From a virus (lineage: Duplodnaviria; Caudoviricetes), in the IMG/VR virus record IMGVR_UViG_3300044703_000081, positions 1 to 61,899 of that record: DNA of 61,899 nucleotides; one strand, 5' to 3'. Shown here piece by piece: positions 9,801-19,738 of the stretch (its first letter is position 1; each line of letters opens with the position of its first letter). The notes below the pieces were generated by a model, which saw only the letters and a list, made by a program, of their open reading frames with translations, did not search any database and was not told the origin of the DNA. Made by a program: the position numbers and the translations under genes.

Positions 9801-10031
9801 ATCGAAGCGTTGGCCCCAGCCTTCCAGCCCGCGCCCTTCGCTGGCGAGCAGGCGGGCATTGTCGGCGGCATGCTTGAGCGCGGTCGCAAGACTGTCGGCG
9901 CCGCGCGCACTCTTGCCGGTTCCGATCGCGGTGCGGTCAACCTCCTTGAGCGAGGCAGCAACCTTTTTCGCTTCGGCCGAGACATTATCGACCAGGCGTA
10001 CGATCAGTTCGCCGATCAGCTTGCGCGCCAT
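6801..10031 (-). CDS. Tail tape measure protein with C-terminal M15 metallopeptidase domain
   Basis: 1076 aa helical protein; SQHAFGNAIDIN and DFGHWE motifs. Confidence 0.85.
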   Translation of the reverse strand: MARKLIGELIVRLVDNVSAEAKKVAASLKEVDRTAIGTGKSARGADSLATALKHAADNARLLASEGRGLEGWGQRFDRMLGRLKLGARDIDQVRSSWQRLQSQLKAGTFDEAFRTNAVQHWRNETIAALTAVNAQASKTKHELSGLGVGRTMGRIVKNTGIVAGIGGGVYGAGYVARRGIKSAAELPREQTRQWLAGMTAQEQAIAAVKARELSAKYPSLGQLDVMEHIRQLRARFGDFHHAMENVETLVKAQVVLGNLGKGSEHAGHDLERLVLGLETIVGGDPVKFTTLVNAFLKAKQLFPDLQGEDFRQYLQTSKASKYGLSEGYLATVAPTMMQHEGAAKFGTMQATAFGSLVGLRSLPRSVDQMVKFGLAEKVHWEGRKRYLDKIKEEDLLISNPFLWARDVMQPALAAQGVKIGPDATEKEREEFVSVVQKMFGNRNAAEFFTSLLVNQQVIAKDLAMLNRTKGLEVAEGLREKDPFIAAHGVMEQLINVVQNALEPYSERAAAALNTVADALARIAAKVKESKVFGEVTAPAGVAVAGGATAAVGAGATALGATTLGGVMSVLGGAAGVLGWHAAGAALREELIQQAKDDAKKGKGPLASKLYQYPQTDFTFGKSSQSFRNAGTLPSPSPFMRNREAMKFEVVPSKPGGTLPLDLLSPDLPSRIHARIEELKTITGVPLPSPQIAAPLQVESDKALGVVEQFIRRLKSLMNFTAAPQIPPGVGGDGALQRASYSPSDGAGGLGGGGGRFGGIPRAAASVDAASGGGASSSGGGGSGGPRVASLPPAGGPAALPSLGGLMRNAANRGRANFMHGQYGGPGQNLVTVSTAGGRRLTVNRESAPAIQGFLNELESQGAPITSVGSYAHRNIAGSGRWSQHAFGNAIDINQAARNVVGRGFRTWANSNAGALRDAERRWGMTSGGDWRDPDFGHWEWSGKKPWLDRAGEPGAGGGAAEALRNLSHGVKPFEKLPVEGERGQGGSVSAGDIYRVNEFRQEYFSPESDGVVLPTLPAGAGGGGRGDFHMNGSTTINNHMHGINDVGALAQQVSAQLNERIESGLRGAFADYGVEV

Positions 10032-10044
10032 GGTCGGTCCTCAG

Positions 10045-10311
10045 TTATCGCCGGAACAGCCGCGCGACCGCATGCGCGGTGTGCATGCCGCCGAGCTTGG
10101 CGCGCTCGCGCTCGATCGCCAGGGCCTCCTCGGCCCAGGCGATCAGTTCGTCATAGGTGAGCGCCATCAGGGAGTCGCGCGACCACCCGAAGGTTGCGGC
10201 GACAATGGCGGCGTAGCCGCGCCAGGCGCCGGGGGCTGCGCGGGTATAGGCTCTTGCGTCGCCCCGGCCGCCGGCGTCGCCAGCTCGAGCAACCTTCGGG
10301 GAAAAAAATCC
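10045..10311 (-). other. Programmed -1 frameshift site (T7 run at 10302-10308) and E'-like extension
   Basis: GGATTTTTTTCCC; alternative frame encodes AATFGWSRDSLMALTYDELIAW, typical of gpE+E'. Confidence 0.78.
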
Positions 10312-10670
10312 AACGCCGCCGTCGATATCCGGTCCTGATCGTCGGGATCGAGCGCGTCCATCACCGCGCGTGGCGCGTCGAACATCGGCGGCCACGGATA
10401 ATATTTGCCGTCTGCCTCGATAGTTTGGATCGCTTCGGCCAAGAACGTCTCGAGCTCCGCAATCGTCACGCGGCGGATCGTCACCTCGCTGTAGACCTTG
10501 CCGTCGTATTCCAACGGCCAGTCGAGCGGGATGGTGAGCGAGCGAGGCTTGCCGCCGACAAAGCGTGGCGGCTCCGGCGCGGCCACCACGGCCGCGGCCG
10601 ACTCGACCGCCGGCGTCCCCTCGGGCGGCGTCTCGGGCTTCTCGGGCATCGTCTCGAGCTTCGTCTCCAT
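10167..10670 (-). CDS. Tail assembly chaperone (P2 gpE-like)
   Basis: IPLDWPLEYDG, LDPDD motifs; between tube and tape measure. Confidence 0.85.
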   Translation of the reverse strand: METKLETMPEKPETPPEGTPAVESAAAVVAAPEPPRFVGGKPRSLTIPLDWPLEYDGKVYSEVTIRRVTIAELETFLAEAIQTIEADGKYYPWPPMFDAPRAVMDALDPDDQDRISTAALDFFPRRLLELATPAAGATQEPIPAQPPAPGAATPPLSPQPSGGRATP

Positions 10671-10705
10671 GGCGTACTTCCCCTTGACCGCTTATTGTTG
10701 ACCCC

Positions 10706-11245
10706 TCACGCCAGCCCGAGATTGCGCGCCTCGTCGGCGAACTGGGCGACGCCGTCGACCCGCCAGCCGATCGGGCCGGCGAAATAGTCGAAGTAGTATT
10801 TCTCCGCGCCATTGAGCATCAGCTGGTAGAACACGATCTCGTCGATCGTGTAGTCGTTCGCCAGCCCGTCGTCGCGCTTCCACGAACTGGGCTCGACCTT
10901 CACCATCCGCCCTTGCACCACCGCGACCGCGGCGAAGGTGGCGCCGGTGCGCAGGTCGCGCACGTTGCCGCGCGTTGTGTATTTGCGTCGCGTCGGAGAA
11001 TTCACGCCGAACTTGTTCATCACCTCCGGGTTGAAGCCGCGCAATTTGAAGGTCTGTTCTAGCGGCTCGAACAGCCGCAGCCCGATCTTGACCCCGAACA
11101 CGGCGCCGCCGGCGGCGTGCTCCTTGGTCTTTTCCTGCAACTGCGGCAGCTTCACATCCTCGATGGCGAGATGCTGACTGTTGGTCGGGTCTTCATCCCC
11201 GGCAAAAATGTTCGCCATATCGAGTTCGTAGAGGGTGGCAGCCAT
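10706..11245 (-). CDS. Major tail tube protein (P2 FII-like)
   Basis: VKLPQLQEKTKEH..GG; YYFD...VDGV; follows the sheath. Confidence 0.88.
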   Translation of the reverse strand: MAATLYELDMANIFAGDEDPTNSQHLAIEDVKLPQLQEKTKEHAAGGAVFGVKIGLRLFEPLEQTFKLRGFNPEVMNKFGVNSPTRRKYTTRGNVRDLRTGATFAAVAVVQGRMVKVEPSSWKRDDGLANDYTIDEIVFYQLMLNGAEKYYFDYFAGPIGWRVDGVAQFADEARNLGLA

Positions 11246-11307
11246 GTCGGCCTCCGGTCAGCGATGAGGGGGGATTGGTGGCGTCGCTTCGCGAGCGACG
11301 GGAACGC

Positions 11308-13164
11308 TCACGCGCCCAGATTGTTGAGCGCCGTCGCGATCGTGCGGGTGAGGTTTTCCAGCGCCTCGCGGTAGCGGCGCGAGGAGATCACGATCTTGCG
11401 CAGCACGGGCGGTTCTTCCGCCTTGAACAGCACCTGCAGGTTGCCCTGGCGCAGTTCTTCCGGCGAGTTCTTGTCAACCTCGAAGCCGACGCGGAAGTCG
11501 ATGATGTCGCCGCGCGCGCGCAGGTCGCCGAGGTGCGACTCCATGGTGTTGAGCACCGCGCGCACCGCCTGCGTGGTGATATTGAAGCGGCCGAGATAGA
11601 ATCGCAGCGTGCGCACCTGACCGAGCTCGATGTAATCGCGGCCGCGCATGACGTGGTAGAACATCCACAGCGGGTCCTCGGCGCAGGTGTCGGTGCCCCA
11701 GAACACGAAGCCGCCCTCGGCGATCGCGTCCTCGACGCCAGATTCCCCGCGCACGATCACGCCGGCGTTGCGGCCGATCAGGTCCTGCGCCTCGACCGCG
11801 CCGTCGGTGAGCGAGAACGCGATCGGGCGCGACGGCCCGACGATGCCGCGCACCGGCTGGTTGGCCCAGGAGTGGAACGGGCGGCCGTCGAATTCGTGAT
11901 CGCGGCGCACGCCGATGCCGGCGATGCGCGGGCTGGACGGTCGCACCACGATCTCGCCGCTCACCGGGTCGAGCACCCTGGAGTCCACCGCCAGCGGAAT
12001 GATGCGGTCGGACTGGATGGTCTCGCGCCAGTCGATCCACGCTTGCCGGCCGGAGGCGGGCCCGTCGGCGATCATCATGGCGCGCAGGCGATCGAGGATG
12101 GTCGGAATCTCCGCCACCACCGGGTTGGCCTCCGCCACCGCGGCGGTGATCGCCACCGTCACGTTGAAGCCGTCGCCGACGACGAAATCGGTCGCGCCGT
12201 CGGCAATGGTGAACTTGATGTGGGCGCCGTTATAGGCAGCGCCGACCGTGGCATTGGCGAGCGCGACCCCGTCCGGATCGACCACCGAGAACACGCCGCC
12301 GTTCGCCGGCACGCTGTCGACCACCGTCACCACGAACTCGTCGCCGGCGGCGAAATCGGTGCCGCCGTCCGCGAGCGTGAAGTTGACGCCGTGGGCGCTG
12401 TTGTAGGCCACGCCGACCACCGCTACGCCGTCGAACGTGCCGTCCGGCCGGTAGACCGCGAACACGCCGCCGTCGGCCTGCGGCGTCGTGCACACCACGC
12501 GCCAGGCGCCGGTGACGGCATCGTTGTCGGAGGTCAGCGCGCCGAGCGTGCCGGTACCGGTATTGCCGCCGGCCTTCGCCGCGCTCGAGGCCGCCTTGGC
12601 GCCGCCGATGCAGCGCACCAGATAGACGCCGGCCTTGCGGCTCGATCCAAACGCCGGATTGGCCAGGTTGAGCACGCCATTGCCGGTATTGCCGCCGGGC
12701 TTCACCGCGCTCGTCACATTGACCACGCCGCCGGTGACCGTGTGCTGGCTGGTATAGCCCGGCACGATGATCAGCCGCGGCGTCACGCCGAGCACGTTGG
12801 GCGCTTCGAGCAATTCCCAGATGCCGGTTTTCGCCGATTCCTCGCCAACCAGGTTGACGATCGTGGCGTCGGCATCCACCCCCTCGGCCACGCGCACGAT
12901 GATGCAGCGCGCGGCGTGCTGCCCGACCGCGAGCTGATCGGTCACCCCGCGCACCGCGTCGGGGATGGTGCCGGTCGCACCGAGCTTGGCCATCAGCACG
13001 CTGTCGTCCGTGGTGCCATAGACCGCGGTGTCGAGCGGAAAGGCGTCCGCGTCGGCGAGCGGCGCCGTGCCGACGATCCCGACCACCGACATTTCAGAGC
13101 CGGCGACGGGCAAGGTCTCGATATCATCGCGTACGTGTTTGATGCCGACGACGACTTCGGTCAT
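11308..13164 (-). CDS. Tail sheath protein (P2 FI-like) with two inserted beta-rich domains
   Basis: SVVGIVGTAP, GVTPRLIIVPGY, PFHSWAN, FVFWGT. Confidence 0.92.
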   Translation of the reverse strand: MTEVVVGIKHVRDDIETLPVAGSEMSVVGIVGTAPLADADAFPLDTAVYGTTDDSVLMAKLGATGTIPDAVRGVTDQLAVGQHAARCIIVRVAEGVDADATIVNLVGEESAKTGIWELLEAPNVLGVTPRLIIVPGYTSQHTVTGGVVNVTSAVKPGGNTGNGVLNLANPAFGSSRKAGVYLVRCIGGAKAASSAAKAGGNTGTGTLGALTSDNDAVTGAWRVVCTTPQADGGVFAVYRPDGTFDGVAVVGVAYNSAHGVNFTLADGGTDFAAGDEFVVTVVDSVPANGGVFSVVDPDGVALANATVGAAYNGAHIKFTIADGATDFVVGDGFNVTVAITAAVAEANPVVAEIPTILDRLRAMMIADGPASGRQAWIDWRETIQSDRIIPLAVDSRVLDPVSGEIVVRPSSPRIAGIGVRRDHEFDGRPFHSWANQPVRGIVGPSRPIAFSLTDGAVEAQDLIGRNAGVIVRGESGVEDAIAEGGFVFWGTDTCAEDPLWMFYHVMRGRDYIELGQVRTLRFYLGRFNITTQAVRAVLNTMESHLGDLRARGDIIDFRVGFEVDKNSPEELRQGNLQVLFKAEEPPVLRKIVISSRRYREALENLTRTIATALNNLGA

Positions 13165-13178
13165 GGGTCTCTCCTGTC

Positions 13179-13210
13179 AAAAATACCAACGCCGCCTTGC
13201 GGGGCGGCGT
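13179..13210 (-). terminator. Possible intrinsic terminator/hairpin between tail fibre and sheath genes
   Basis: ACGCCGCC-6nt-GGCGGCGT then TGGTATTTTT. Confidence 0.45.
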
Positions 13211-13243
13211 GCATGGGCGTGGCGGCTGCGGCTTGGGCTATGA

Positions 13244-14563
13244 TCAGAGCAGGGTGCCGGAGAAATACGTGTTGGCCGGGTCTCCATCGATCGACTTGTC
13301 GCCCGCACCACTCATGGAGAAGTACATCTCGAAGTAGTCGGTACCATTGGCTGCGAGGATCGCCACCACCGGCTTGTTGACAACCACGTTGTCAGCAGAA
13401 ACATATTCGGCCGATCGCACCGCGACCACGCCGTTCTTGCGGATGCTTGTGACGATCTGCGCGCCGGCCACGACGCCTTCGAATGGCAGCGCTGCGGCCA
13501 CAAGCAACACAGATCCTGCCGGAGGCGTCCACCGGCCGATTTCGAAATCGTAGTGACCTCCCTCGTCAAACAAGACGTTGAAGAAGTCGACCTTGGTGTC
13601 TTCGCCGGACGTCACTCCGATCTGTGCCACCGTGTTCTTGTTGGCGTGGAAAGACGCTTTGCCAAATCCCAGCGCGGCGCGGGCTGCTGGCAGGTCGTCG
13701 GCAAGGATGAACGTCCGCAACGCGGACACCACCCCGAGATTGCCGAACGCCTGCGCCTGCTGCGTGTCGGTCAGCGCTTGTCCGGCGTCGAAGCGCACCC
13801 GGTTGTCGAGCGCAGCCAGGACGGCGCTCGCAACGTCGTCATTGTTCGAGAGAATATAAGCGATCGTCGCAGCCACGAACCCGCAGCTTGCGATCTGCTC
13901 GGTGTTCGTGCCGAGCATCGCGGTCGGCACCTCCGGCACGCCGGTAAAATGCGGATTATGATTGGGCGCTTTCTGCGCCAGCGCTTCGTCGACCTCGGCG
14001 GTGCTATAGGCGCCGACTTGGGCGGCTGTCGTCTCGTGCGGATTGTCGGTGCGCGTTGCATGCGTGACGTCCGGCTTGGTCGAGACCGTGATCTGCCAGT
14101 CGTCATGTGTGCCGGCACCGTCGGCCAGCACCACATCGACGGTCACAAGTCCGCTCGGGCGATCGTACGAGAGGACGCGGCCGATCAGTTGCGTGGTCGG
14201 GTCGGCGATGCGGCTGATATTGACGTAATCGACAAACACCCAGCCGGCGCGAGTCTCCGCGCTCAGGACGAACTGCTTCTCCCCGGTTTCGACCGCGTTC
14301 GCGCTGGCAGAGCTGGCGGTGAACAGTACCCCGAAGTTTGACAAACGGCTCTGCGCTTCCAGGATCAGCGGCAGGAAGGTGTCGTTGAGGCGCTGCAGCG
14401 CCAGCGACGTCAGTTGAGTGACCGCATCAGCGATCCGTTCACCATCGAGCTCGCGCGCAGCCAGGCGCAGGTCGATATCCTGAAAGCGCTTGTTCCAAAA
14501 ATCGGGGTCGCCGAGATTGTCGTTGCGCTTGACCTTGTAGGCCGGCTCGTAGCGGGAAGGCAT
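13244..14563 (-). CDS. Tail fibre / receptor-binding protein with C1q-like C-terminal domain
   Basis: H..RTDNPH..TAAQVGAY and P.FTG.P..PTA fibre motifs; SFHA...F..VLFDEGGHYD...WTPP...YFSGTLL. Confidence 0.8.
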   Translation of the reverse strand: MPSRYEPAYKVKRNDNLGDPDFWNKRFQDIDLRLAARELDGERIADAVTQLTSLALQRLNDTFLPLILEAQSRLSNFGVLFTASSASANAVETGEKQFVLSAETRAGWVFVDYVNISRIADPTTQLIGRVLSYDRPSGLVTVDVVLADGAGTHDDWQITVSTKPDVTHATRTDNPHETTAAQVGAYSTAEVDEALAQKAPNHNPHFTGVPEVPTAMLGTNTEQIASCGFVAATIAYILSNNDDVASAVLAALDNRVRFDAGQALTDTQQAQAFGNLGVVSALRTFILADDLPAARAALGFGKASFHANKNTVAQIGVTSGEDTKVDFFNVLFDEGGHYDFEIGRWTPPAGSVLLVAAALPFEGVVAGAQIVTSIRKNGVVAVRSAEYVSADNVVVNKPVVAILAANGTDYFEMYFSMSGAGDKSIDGDPANTYFSGTLL

Positions 14564-14567
14564 CGTG

Positions 14568-14774
14568 TCAGGTCTCGACCAGCGCGTAGCTCTCGACGGC
14601 GTCGCCCAAGGTGGCGATCACCTTGCCCTTCACTACGTTGTCCTTCGCCGGCGACAGCACGGTGTCGCCATTCTTGCCGACGCGCACCGCCCGGGTGAGC
14701 GTCACCCGGTAGTTGGCTTCCGGGTCGATGTCGGGCGCTTTCGGCGCCGGAGACGGTGTAGTTGCCTTGGCCAT
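14568..14774 (-). CDS. Small hypothetical tail-associated protein
   Basis: GAGG RBS; 68 aa between fibre genes. Confidence 0.65.
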   Translation of the reverse strand: MAKATTPSPAPKAPDIDPEANYRVTLTRAVRVGKNGDTVLSPAKDNVVKGKVIATLGDAVESYALVET

Positions 14775-14811
14775 GGTTACCTCGATGTCTTGCAGGGGGA
14801 CGGCGCGCGGA

Positions 14812-17100
14812 TCACGCGGCGTAATAGGTGCGCTCGGCGACGTGGAAGGTGTTCTGCGCCGAGTTGGTGGCCCCGGTCTGCACGATGCGGAACTGGCTGA
14901 TGTTGCCGCCGGCCAGCAGGAACACGTATTCACGCTCATAGCGCTCGTCCGGCAGGCTGATCAGCGTCGTGGTCGTGGTATCGGGGTTTTCGTTCACCAG
15001 CCCGACGCCGGTCTTGAGCACGCAGGTATGGTCGTGCGGGGTCTCGTCGAAACCCTCGAGCAGGACCTTGATGTGGATCTCGTCGGACGGCGTGGCGAGC
15101 ACGATCGTGGTCGACACGTGCTTGAATGCGAGCTTCGGCCGCGACACGTGCACGCGCGAGCCGGTCAGCGTCAGCGCTGCCTGCATGGTGCCGGTGCCGA
15201 CGAAGCGGGCGCGGAACTGCGCCAGCGGCGGGGCCGCAGCCAGGATGGTGGTGTTGTCCTTGGTCAGCGGCTGCCAGTCGCCAGCGCCGTTCGGGCGCAT
15301 TTCCCAGATCAGTTGCGTCGATTGCGGCACCCACATCGCCGCCAGGATGTCGATGAAGCGAAAGCCGCCGTCGAGGTTGATCGGCGCGAATTCGATCGTC
15401 ACCTGCGCGGCGTTGAAGCGGGCGCCGTAGACTTCCAGCATCAGGTCCTTGGTGAGGTCGCCCTGGAAGTAGCCGCCGTCGGTCGAGTAGAAGAACGTCC
15501 CCTCGAGGAAGCCCTGGCCATCGGCCATGCCGAGCTTGTGGTTGGCGTTCGACACCAGCACCACCGCGTAGCGCGCGCCCTTCTGCAGGAAGGTCGGCGG
15601 GATCACGAACCGGTTCCAGCCGACCACGATATCGGCCTGCGCGATCACCGTCTTCATGATCGTGCGGTCGAGGTTCGGCACACCGTTCGCCACCTCGCAC
15701 AGCGCGACGTGGATATCCTCGTTGGCGCCCTTCTGCGACACATAGAGGCCGAGCTTGGTCGCCCACAGATCGTTCGAGGCCAGGAACGTCTGCGCCACAT
15801 GCGCGCCGGTCAGCGTATGGTCGACTGTCACCGCATAGATGAACGGCTCGTTCCAGGTGTCGAGCCAATACGAATCGTAGCGGATGATCTCGTGCGGCGA
15901 ATTGACCCCATCCCACCATTCCCCGCCGACCACGATCAGATTCCACGCGGCGGAATCATAGAGGCCCTGCACCGGCACCGTCCGCGCACCGTCGGGATTG
16001 GAAATTTGGCCCCAGTTATTCGTGTTCGAACAAACAAAATTCGACCCGCCGTAGCGCAGGCGCGTGCGCGACATGAAGCCCTGTTTCATCTCCACGGTCT
16101 GAAAGCCGTATTGCGCGATGCCGAGATCGGTCGCGAAGACGCCGGTCGCGATGCGGAGCTCGTGCGTGTATTTCGGCAGCAGCACTCCGTTGCTGAGGCT
16201 GGCGTTCGGGTCGTTGGCCGAGAACAGCGAAATCTCGAATTCGTCGGCGTTGGCGTCGGGAAAGCGCGCGCCTTCCTCGACCCGCGCGTCATAGCCCTGC
16301 GCGGCCACGTTGCCGGTGTCGGATAGGCTGGCGTCGAGAAACCAGTCGGCGCCGTAATCCGAGGCCGTGGCCGGGTAGCGCAGGCTGGCCTTGACCTTGG
16401 CGAGGTCCTCGGCGATGCGCTGCAGCCCGCGATTGGTGCCGAGCGCGTTGATGCGGCTCTGCAGCGAGGCGAGATCGGAGGCGAGCGAGGTCAGCCGCGG
16501 CCCGGTCTTGTCCTTGAAATCCTCCAGCAGGTCGGTGCGCAGGTCGAGGTTCTCGGTCGACTCCACCGCGTTGGCGGCAATCATGGTGACCGACACGATC
16601 TGCACGGTGTCGAGCAGCAGCCGCGCGATCTCCACATTGGTGGCCGGAATCGCCGGCGGCTGCGGGTCGGATGATTCCGCGCCCTGAATGAAGGCGACCA
16701 CGGCGTCGCGCGAGCGCACCATGGCGACCGCCTGCGGCTCGGTCTGCCCGGTCTCGACATTGGTGAGGAAGTCGCGCTCCTCGACATCGGTCTCGTTCTC
16801 GACGCCATAGGCCACGATCGACACGATGCGCTTGGAGGCCGCGGGCAGATAGGAGACCACCGACTGGATCACGCTGGTGGCGCGCGCGAACACCGCGCCG
16901 TCCTGGTCGTAAAACCGGCCGGGCGCCACCGTCGCTTCGGTCTGCGCCGACTTGATGACATTGAAGCCGGCGTAACGGCGGGAACGCGTCACCGCATCGG
17001 CGACCACGTGGTCGAGCGCACCGCGGACGAAGCTCTGCAGATCGTTGTGATCGGCCGCCTGCTGCTCCTGATAGTCGCGAAAGATGACCTGCTGTTCCAC
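14812..17100 (-). CDS. Large baseplate/tail fibre-associated structural protein
   Basis: GTG start with AGGAG; beta-rich; VAQTF motif; position after gpI. Confidence 0.75.
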   Translation of the reverse strand: MEQQVIFRDYQEQQAADHNDLQSFVRGALDHVVADAVTRSRRYAGFNVIKSAQTEATVAPGRFYDQDGAVFARATSVIQSVVSYLPAASKRIVSIVAYGVENETDVEERDFLTNVETGQTEPQAVAMVRSRDAVVAFIQGAESSDPQPPAIPATNVEIARLLLDTVQIVSVTMIAANAVESTENLDLRTDLLEDFKDKTGPRLTSLASDLASLQSRINALGTNRGLQRIAEDLAKVKASLRYPATASDYGADWFLDASLSDTGNVAAQGYDARVEEGARFPDANADEFEISLFSANDPNASLSNGVLLPKYTHELRIATGVFATDLGIAQYGFQTVEMKQGFMSRTRLRYGGSNFVCSNTNNWGQISNPDGARTVPVQGLYDSAAWNLIVVGGEWWDGVNSPHEIIRYDSYWLDTWNEPFIYAVTVDHTLTGAHVAQTFLASNDLWATKLGLYVSQKGANEDIHVALCEVANGVPNLDRTIMKTVIAQADIVVGWNRFVIPPTFLQKGARYAVVLVSNANHKLGMADGQGFLEGTFFYSTDGGYFQGDLTKDLMLEVYGARFNAAQVTIEFAPINLDGGFRFIDILAAMWVPQSTQLIWEMRPNGAGDWQPLTKDNTTILAAAPPLAQFRARFVGTGTMQAALTLTGSRVHVSRPKLAFKHVSTTIVLATPSDEIHIKVLLEGFDETPHDHTCVLKTGVGLVNENPDTTTTTLISLPDERYEREYVFLLAGGNISQFRIVQTGATNSAQNTFHVAERTYYAA

Positions 17101-17114
17101 CTGGGCGTCTCCTG

Positions 17115-18503
17115 TTACGGCTGGCCGACAGTGAAGCGATCGACATCGGCGAAGAACGGCTTGCCGGCCACGAAGCGATGGGTCGGGCCGGTCTTGAGCA
17201 AAACATGATCGGACAGTCGCTTCGCGGCCTGGATGGCGCGCCGCACGTTGTCGACCCGGCTGCCGTCGTGCGGCAGCCAGAACCGCGCGCGCGGGATCAG
17301 CAGCCCGTCGCCGGCCTGCCAGCGCGAGCGCCGCCCCGGGATCGACGCGTCGACATGCGCGGTGTGACGCGGGAAGCCGTAGCGGCCCGTGCCCATGAAC
17401 TGGCACGCCGGCCGGCGCAGCACGCGGCGGCCGTCATGCACCGCGAAGCGGTCGAAGATGCGGTACTTCGCCGTCGACGGCACGAAGTAGCCGTGCATCG
17501 GGACGTTGTCGAACACCGAGCGCCCGCGCGTACCGGCGACCGTCACCCGCTCCGGCTCGTTGGTGACCGGCTGCAGCGTCGGGCCCGACGGCGAGCGCCA
17601 CGGCAACCGCGCCTGCGGCATGATCGTGACCAGCCGCCGCCAGGCGTCGGATGGAATGTAGAAGTGACCGCCGATCGGGCGATGATCGAACACCTTCTTG
17701 CCTTCGACCGACTTGAAATGCAGACGGTAGTACGAGCCGAAATCGCTCACCCGCACGTCGCTCTCGACGCCGTCGACCAGCCAGCGCGCTCGCCGGTGCA
17801 GCCGCGACAGCGCCGTTGACGGCACCGCGTAGCTGCGCTCGACGAACAGGCCGCGCTGATAGCCGCCGTGGAACGCCTTGGCGGTGCCGAACCGGCCTTC
17901 CTCCTGGACCAGCCACACCCGCAGCTGCGGCAGCGCCGACAGCCAGGCCTCGCGCTGCTCACGCGTGAGCGACGGGCCGGAATAGACCACCATCGGCGGC
18001 CGCAGGATCTGCCGCACCACGCCACCGGCGTAGCGGACATATTCGCGGATGCAGTAGGCGGTGCCTTTCTTCTGGTGCAGTTGCAGCGATCGCGCCGTGA
18101 TCGCGCGCTTGGTCGCCTCCGGCCAGTCGCGAAACCAGACGTCGACCGACATTTCCCAGCCGAGGAACGGCAGGAAGGCCGCCGTCACCGCGAACGGCTG
18201 CCGCACCGTTTCGATCGGCGTCGGGATATCTTGCACCCGCCCGCCCGCGGCCGCGAAGGTCTGCAGCAGCAGCGGCGCGTTCTGCGGCAGTAGATCGTCG
18301 GTGCGCCGATAGGTGTTGACGCGGATGCTGGCGGTATCGGAGCCTGTTTCGCTGACCGCCAGCACGCCGGCGAATGTCAGCGTGCCGGTGCCGGTTGCCC
18401 GATCGGCGCCGGCCTCGTCGACGATGAGCGCGCCGAGCAGGTGATCGCCGCCGAAATAGTCATCACCGAAATAGGCGCCGCCGAAATAACGCAGACCCAG
18501 CAT
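17115..18503 (-). CDS. P2 gpI-like baseplate/tail protein
   Basis: LLPQNA, FLPFLGWEMSVDVW...W..ATKR...HQKKGT. Confidence 0.85.
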   Translation of the reverse strand: MLGLRYFGGAYFGDDYFGGDHLLGALIVDEAGADRATGTGTLTFAGVLAVSETGSDTASIRVNTYRRTDDLLPQNAPLLLQTFAAAGGRVQDIPTPIETVRQPFAVTAAFLPFLGWEMSVDVWFRDWPEATKRAITARSLQLHQKKGTAYCIREYVRYAGGVVRQILRPPMVVYSGPSLTREQREAWLSALPQLRVWLVQEEGRFGTAKAFHGGYQRGLFVERSYAVPSTALSRLHRRARWLVDGVESDVRVSDFGSYYRLHFKSVEGKKVFDHRPIGGHFYIPSDAWRRLVTIMPQARLPWRSPSGPTLQPVTNEPERVTVAGTRGRSVFDNVPMHGYFVPSTAKYRIFDRFAVHDGRRVLRRPACQFMGTGRYGFPRHTAHVDASIPGRRSRWQAGDGLLIPRARFWLPHDGSRVDNVRRAIQAAKRLSDHVLLKTGPTHRFVAGKPFFADVDRFTVGQP

Positions 18504-19735
18504 CAGCCAGCGTCCAGCACGACACCCATGCGATTGCCGGAGCCGCTGACATTGGCGACCACCCGGTCCCTGTCATCGGCGATATTGCGGAAGCGCACGA
18601 TGCCGGATTCGAAGCCACTGGCCTTGCCGGCGAGCACCGCCATCGTGATCCGCTCCTGGCCCACGCGGCTGAGACCGGGTTCGACTTCGGCGGCGCCGAC
18701 CGCCGCGGCGATCGCGACCGCGCTCGGAATGTCGCCGACCGCCGCCGGACTGGCCGGCAGGTTGTCGGTCTTGGCCTTGATGGCGGCGAACTGCGTATCG
18801 ACATTGGCCGCCGCCAGGCCGAGCGCGCCGCGCACACCGGCGGCGTCGAGATCGTTGAACCCGGTGATGCCGGTGCCTTTCGCCAGCGCAATGTTGGTGC
18901 CGGCCGTCAGCAGCCGGGTTGCGGACGCCCAGACATCGGCGGCGCTGTGGCTTGAGCGCGAGGACACGGGCGCATCGATACGGCCGAGCTCGGTCGTCAG
19001 CTCGGTCCGCACCTGGCTGCCGATGGCCGCGAGCGTAAGCCCGCTAAGCGACGGATTGACCGACGCGATCTTATTGGTGATGGCGGTCAGCACCTGCTCG
19101 GAATCGGTGTCGTCGATGATCTGCGCTTCGACCTCGTTGGCGATCGCCGTGCGCTCGCCGCCGGTCAAGGTCATGGCCGAGCCGACCGCCGCCGGCGATG
19201 CTGGCAGGTTGTCGGTCTTGGCCTTGATCGCGGCGAACTGCGTATCGGCATTGGCCGCCGCCAGGCCGAGCGCCCCGCGCACCCCGGCGGCGTCGAGATC
19301 GTTGAAGCCGGTGATGCCGGTGCCTTTCGCCAGCGCAATGTTCGTGCCGGCCGTCAGCAGGCGGGTTGCGACCCCCCAGACATCGGCGGCGCTGTGGCTC
19401 GAGCGCGACGTCACCGTGGCGTCGAGGTTGCTGGCGCCGCCGTTCGTCGCACTGACCACTTGGCTTATTTGCTCGCTGTCGTCGCAGGCGGCGGCGGTGC
19501 CGCGCACCACCAGGTCGCCGAGCGTGTTGGTATCGGTCACGTCGAGCGTGACCTTGTACCAGCCGTTCGACACTTCGGTCGCGTTGGTGGCGCCGGCGTT
19601 GGGATCGCCGAAGGCGCCGCCGGCCTTGCTGATCTTGATGGCCACCGTCTTGCCGGTCGCCGCCGACACGTGGTCCGACGACAGGAACAGCTTGAGCATG
19701 ACGACGAAGGAGGTGCTTTGGGCAAGGCGTCGCAT
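18503..19735 (-). CDS. Virion-associated protein with internal ~75-aa duplication
   Basis: Two copies of SRSSHSAADVW...IKAKTDNLPASPAAVG. Confidence 0.75.
   Translation of the reverse strand: MRRLAQSTSFVVMLKLFLSSDHVSAATGKTVAIKISKAGGAFGDPNAGATNATEVSNGWYKVTLDVTDTNTLGDLVVRGTAAACDDSEQISQVVSATNGGASNLDATVTSRSSHSAADVWGVATRLLTAGTNIALAKGTGITGFNDLDAAGVRGALGLAAANADTQFAAIKAKTDNLPASPAAVGSAMTLTGGERTAIANEVEAQIIDDTDSEQVLTAITNKIASVNPSLSGLTLAAIGSQVRTELTTELGRIDAPVSSRSSHSAADVWASATRLLTAGTNIALAKGTGITGFNDLDAAGVRGALGLAAANVDTQFAAIKAKTDNLPASPAAVGDIPSAVAIAAAVGAAEVEPGLSRVGQERITMAVLAGKASGFESGIVRFRNIADDRDRVVANVSGSGNRMGVVLDAG
18734..19408. repeat. Intragenic direct repeat of ~228 bp (18734-18961 and 19181-19408)
   Basis: Offset 447 nt; differences mostly synonymous. 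Confidence 0.85.
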
Positions 19736-19738
19736 GGT

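Noticed and set aside
18734-19408. Repeat pair as a diversity-generating retroelement TR/VR
   Set aside because: Both copies are in one ORF, differences are mostly synonymous and not adenine-specific, and no reverse transcriptase is present.
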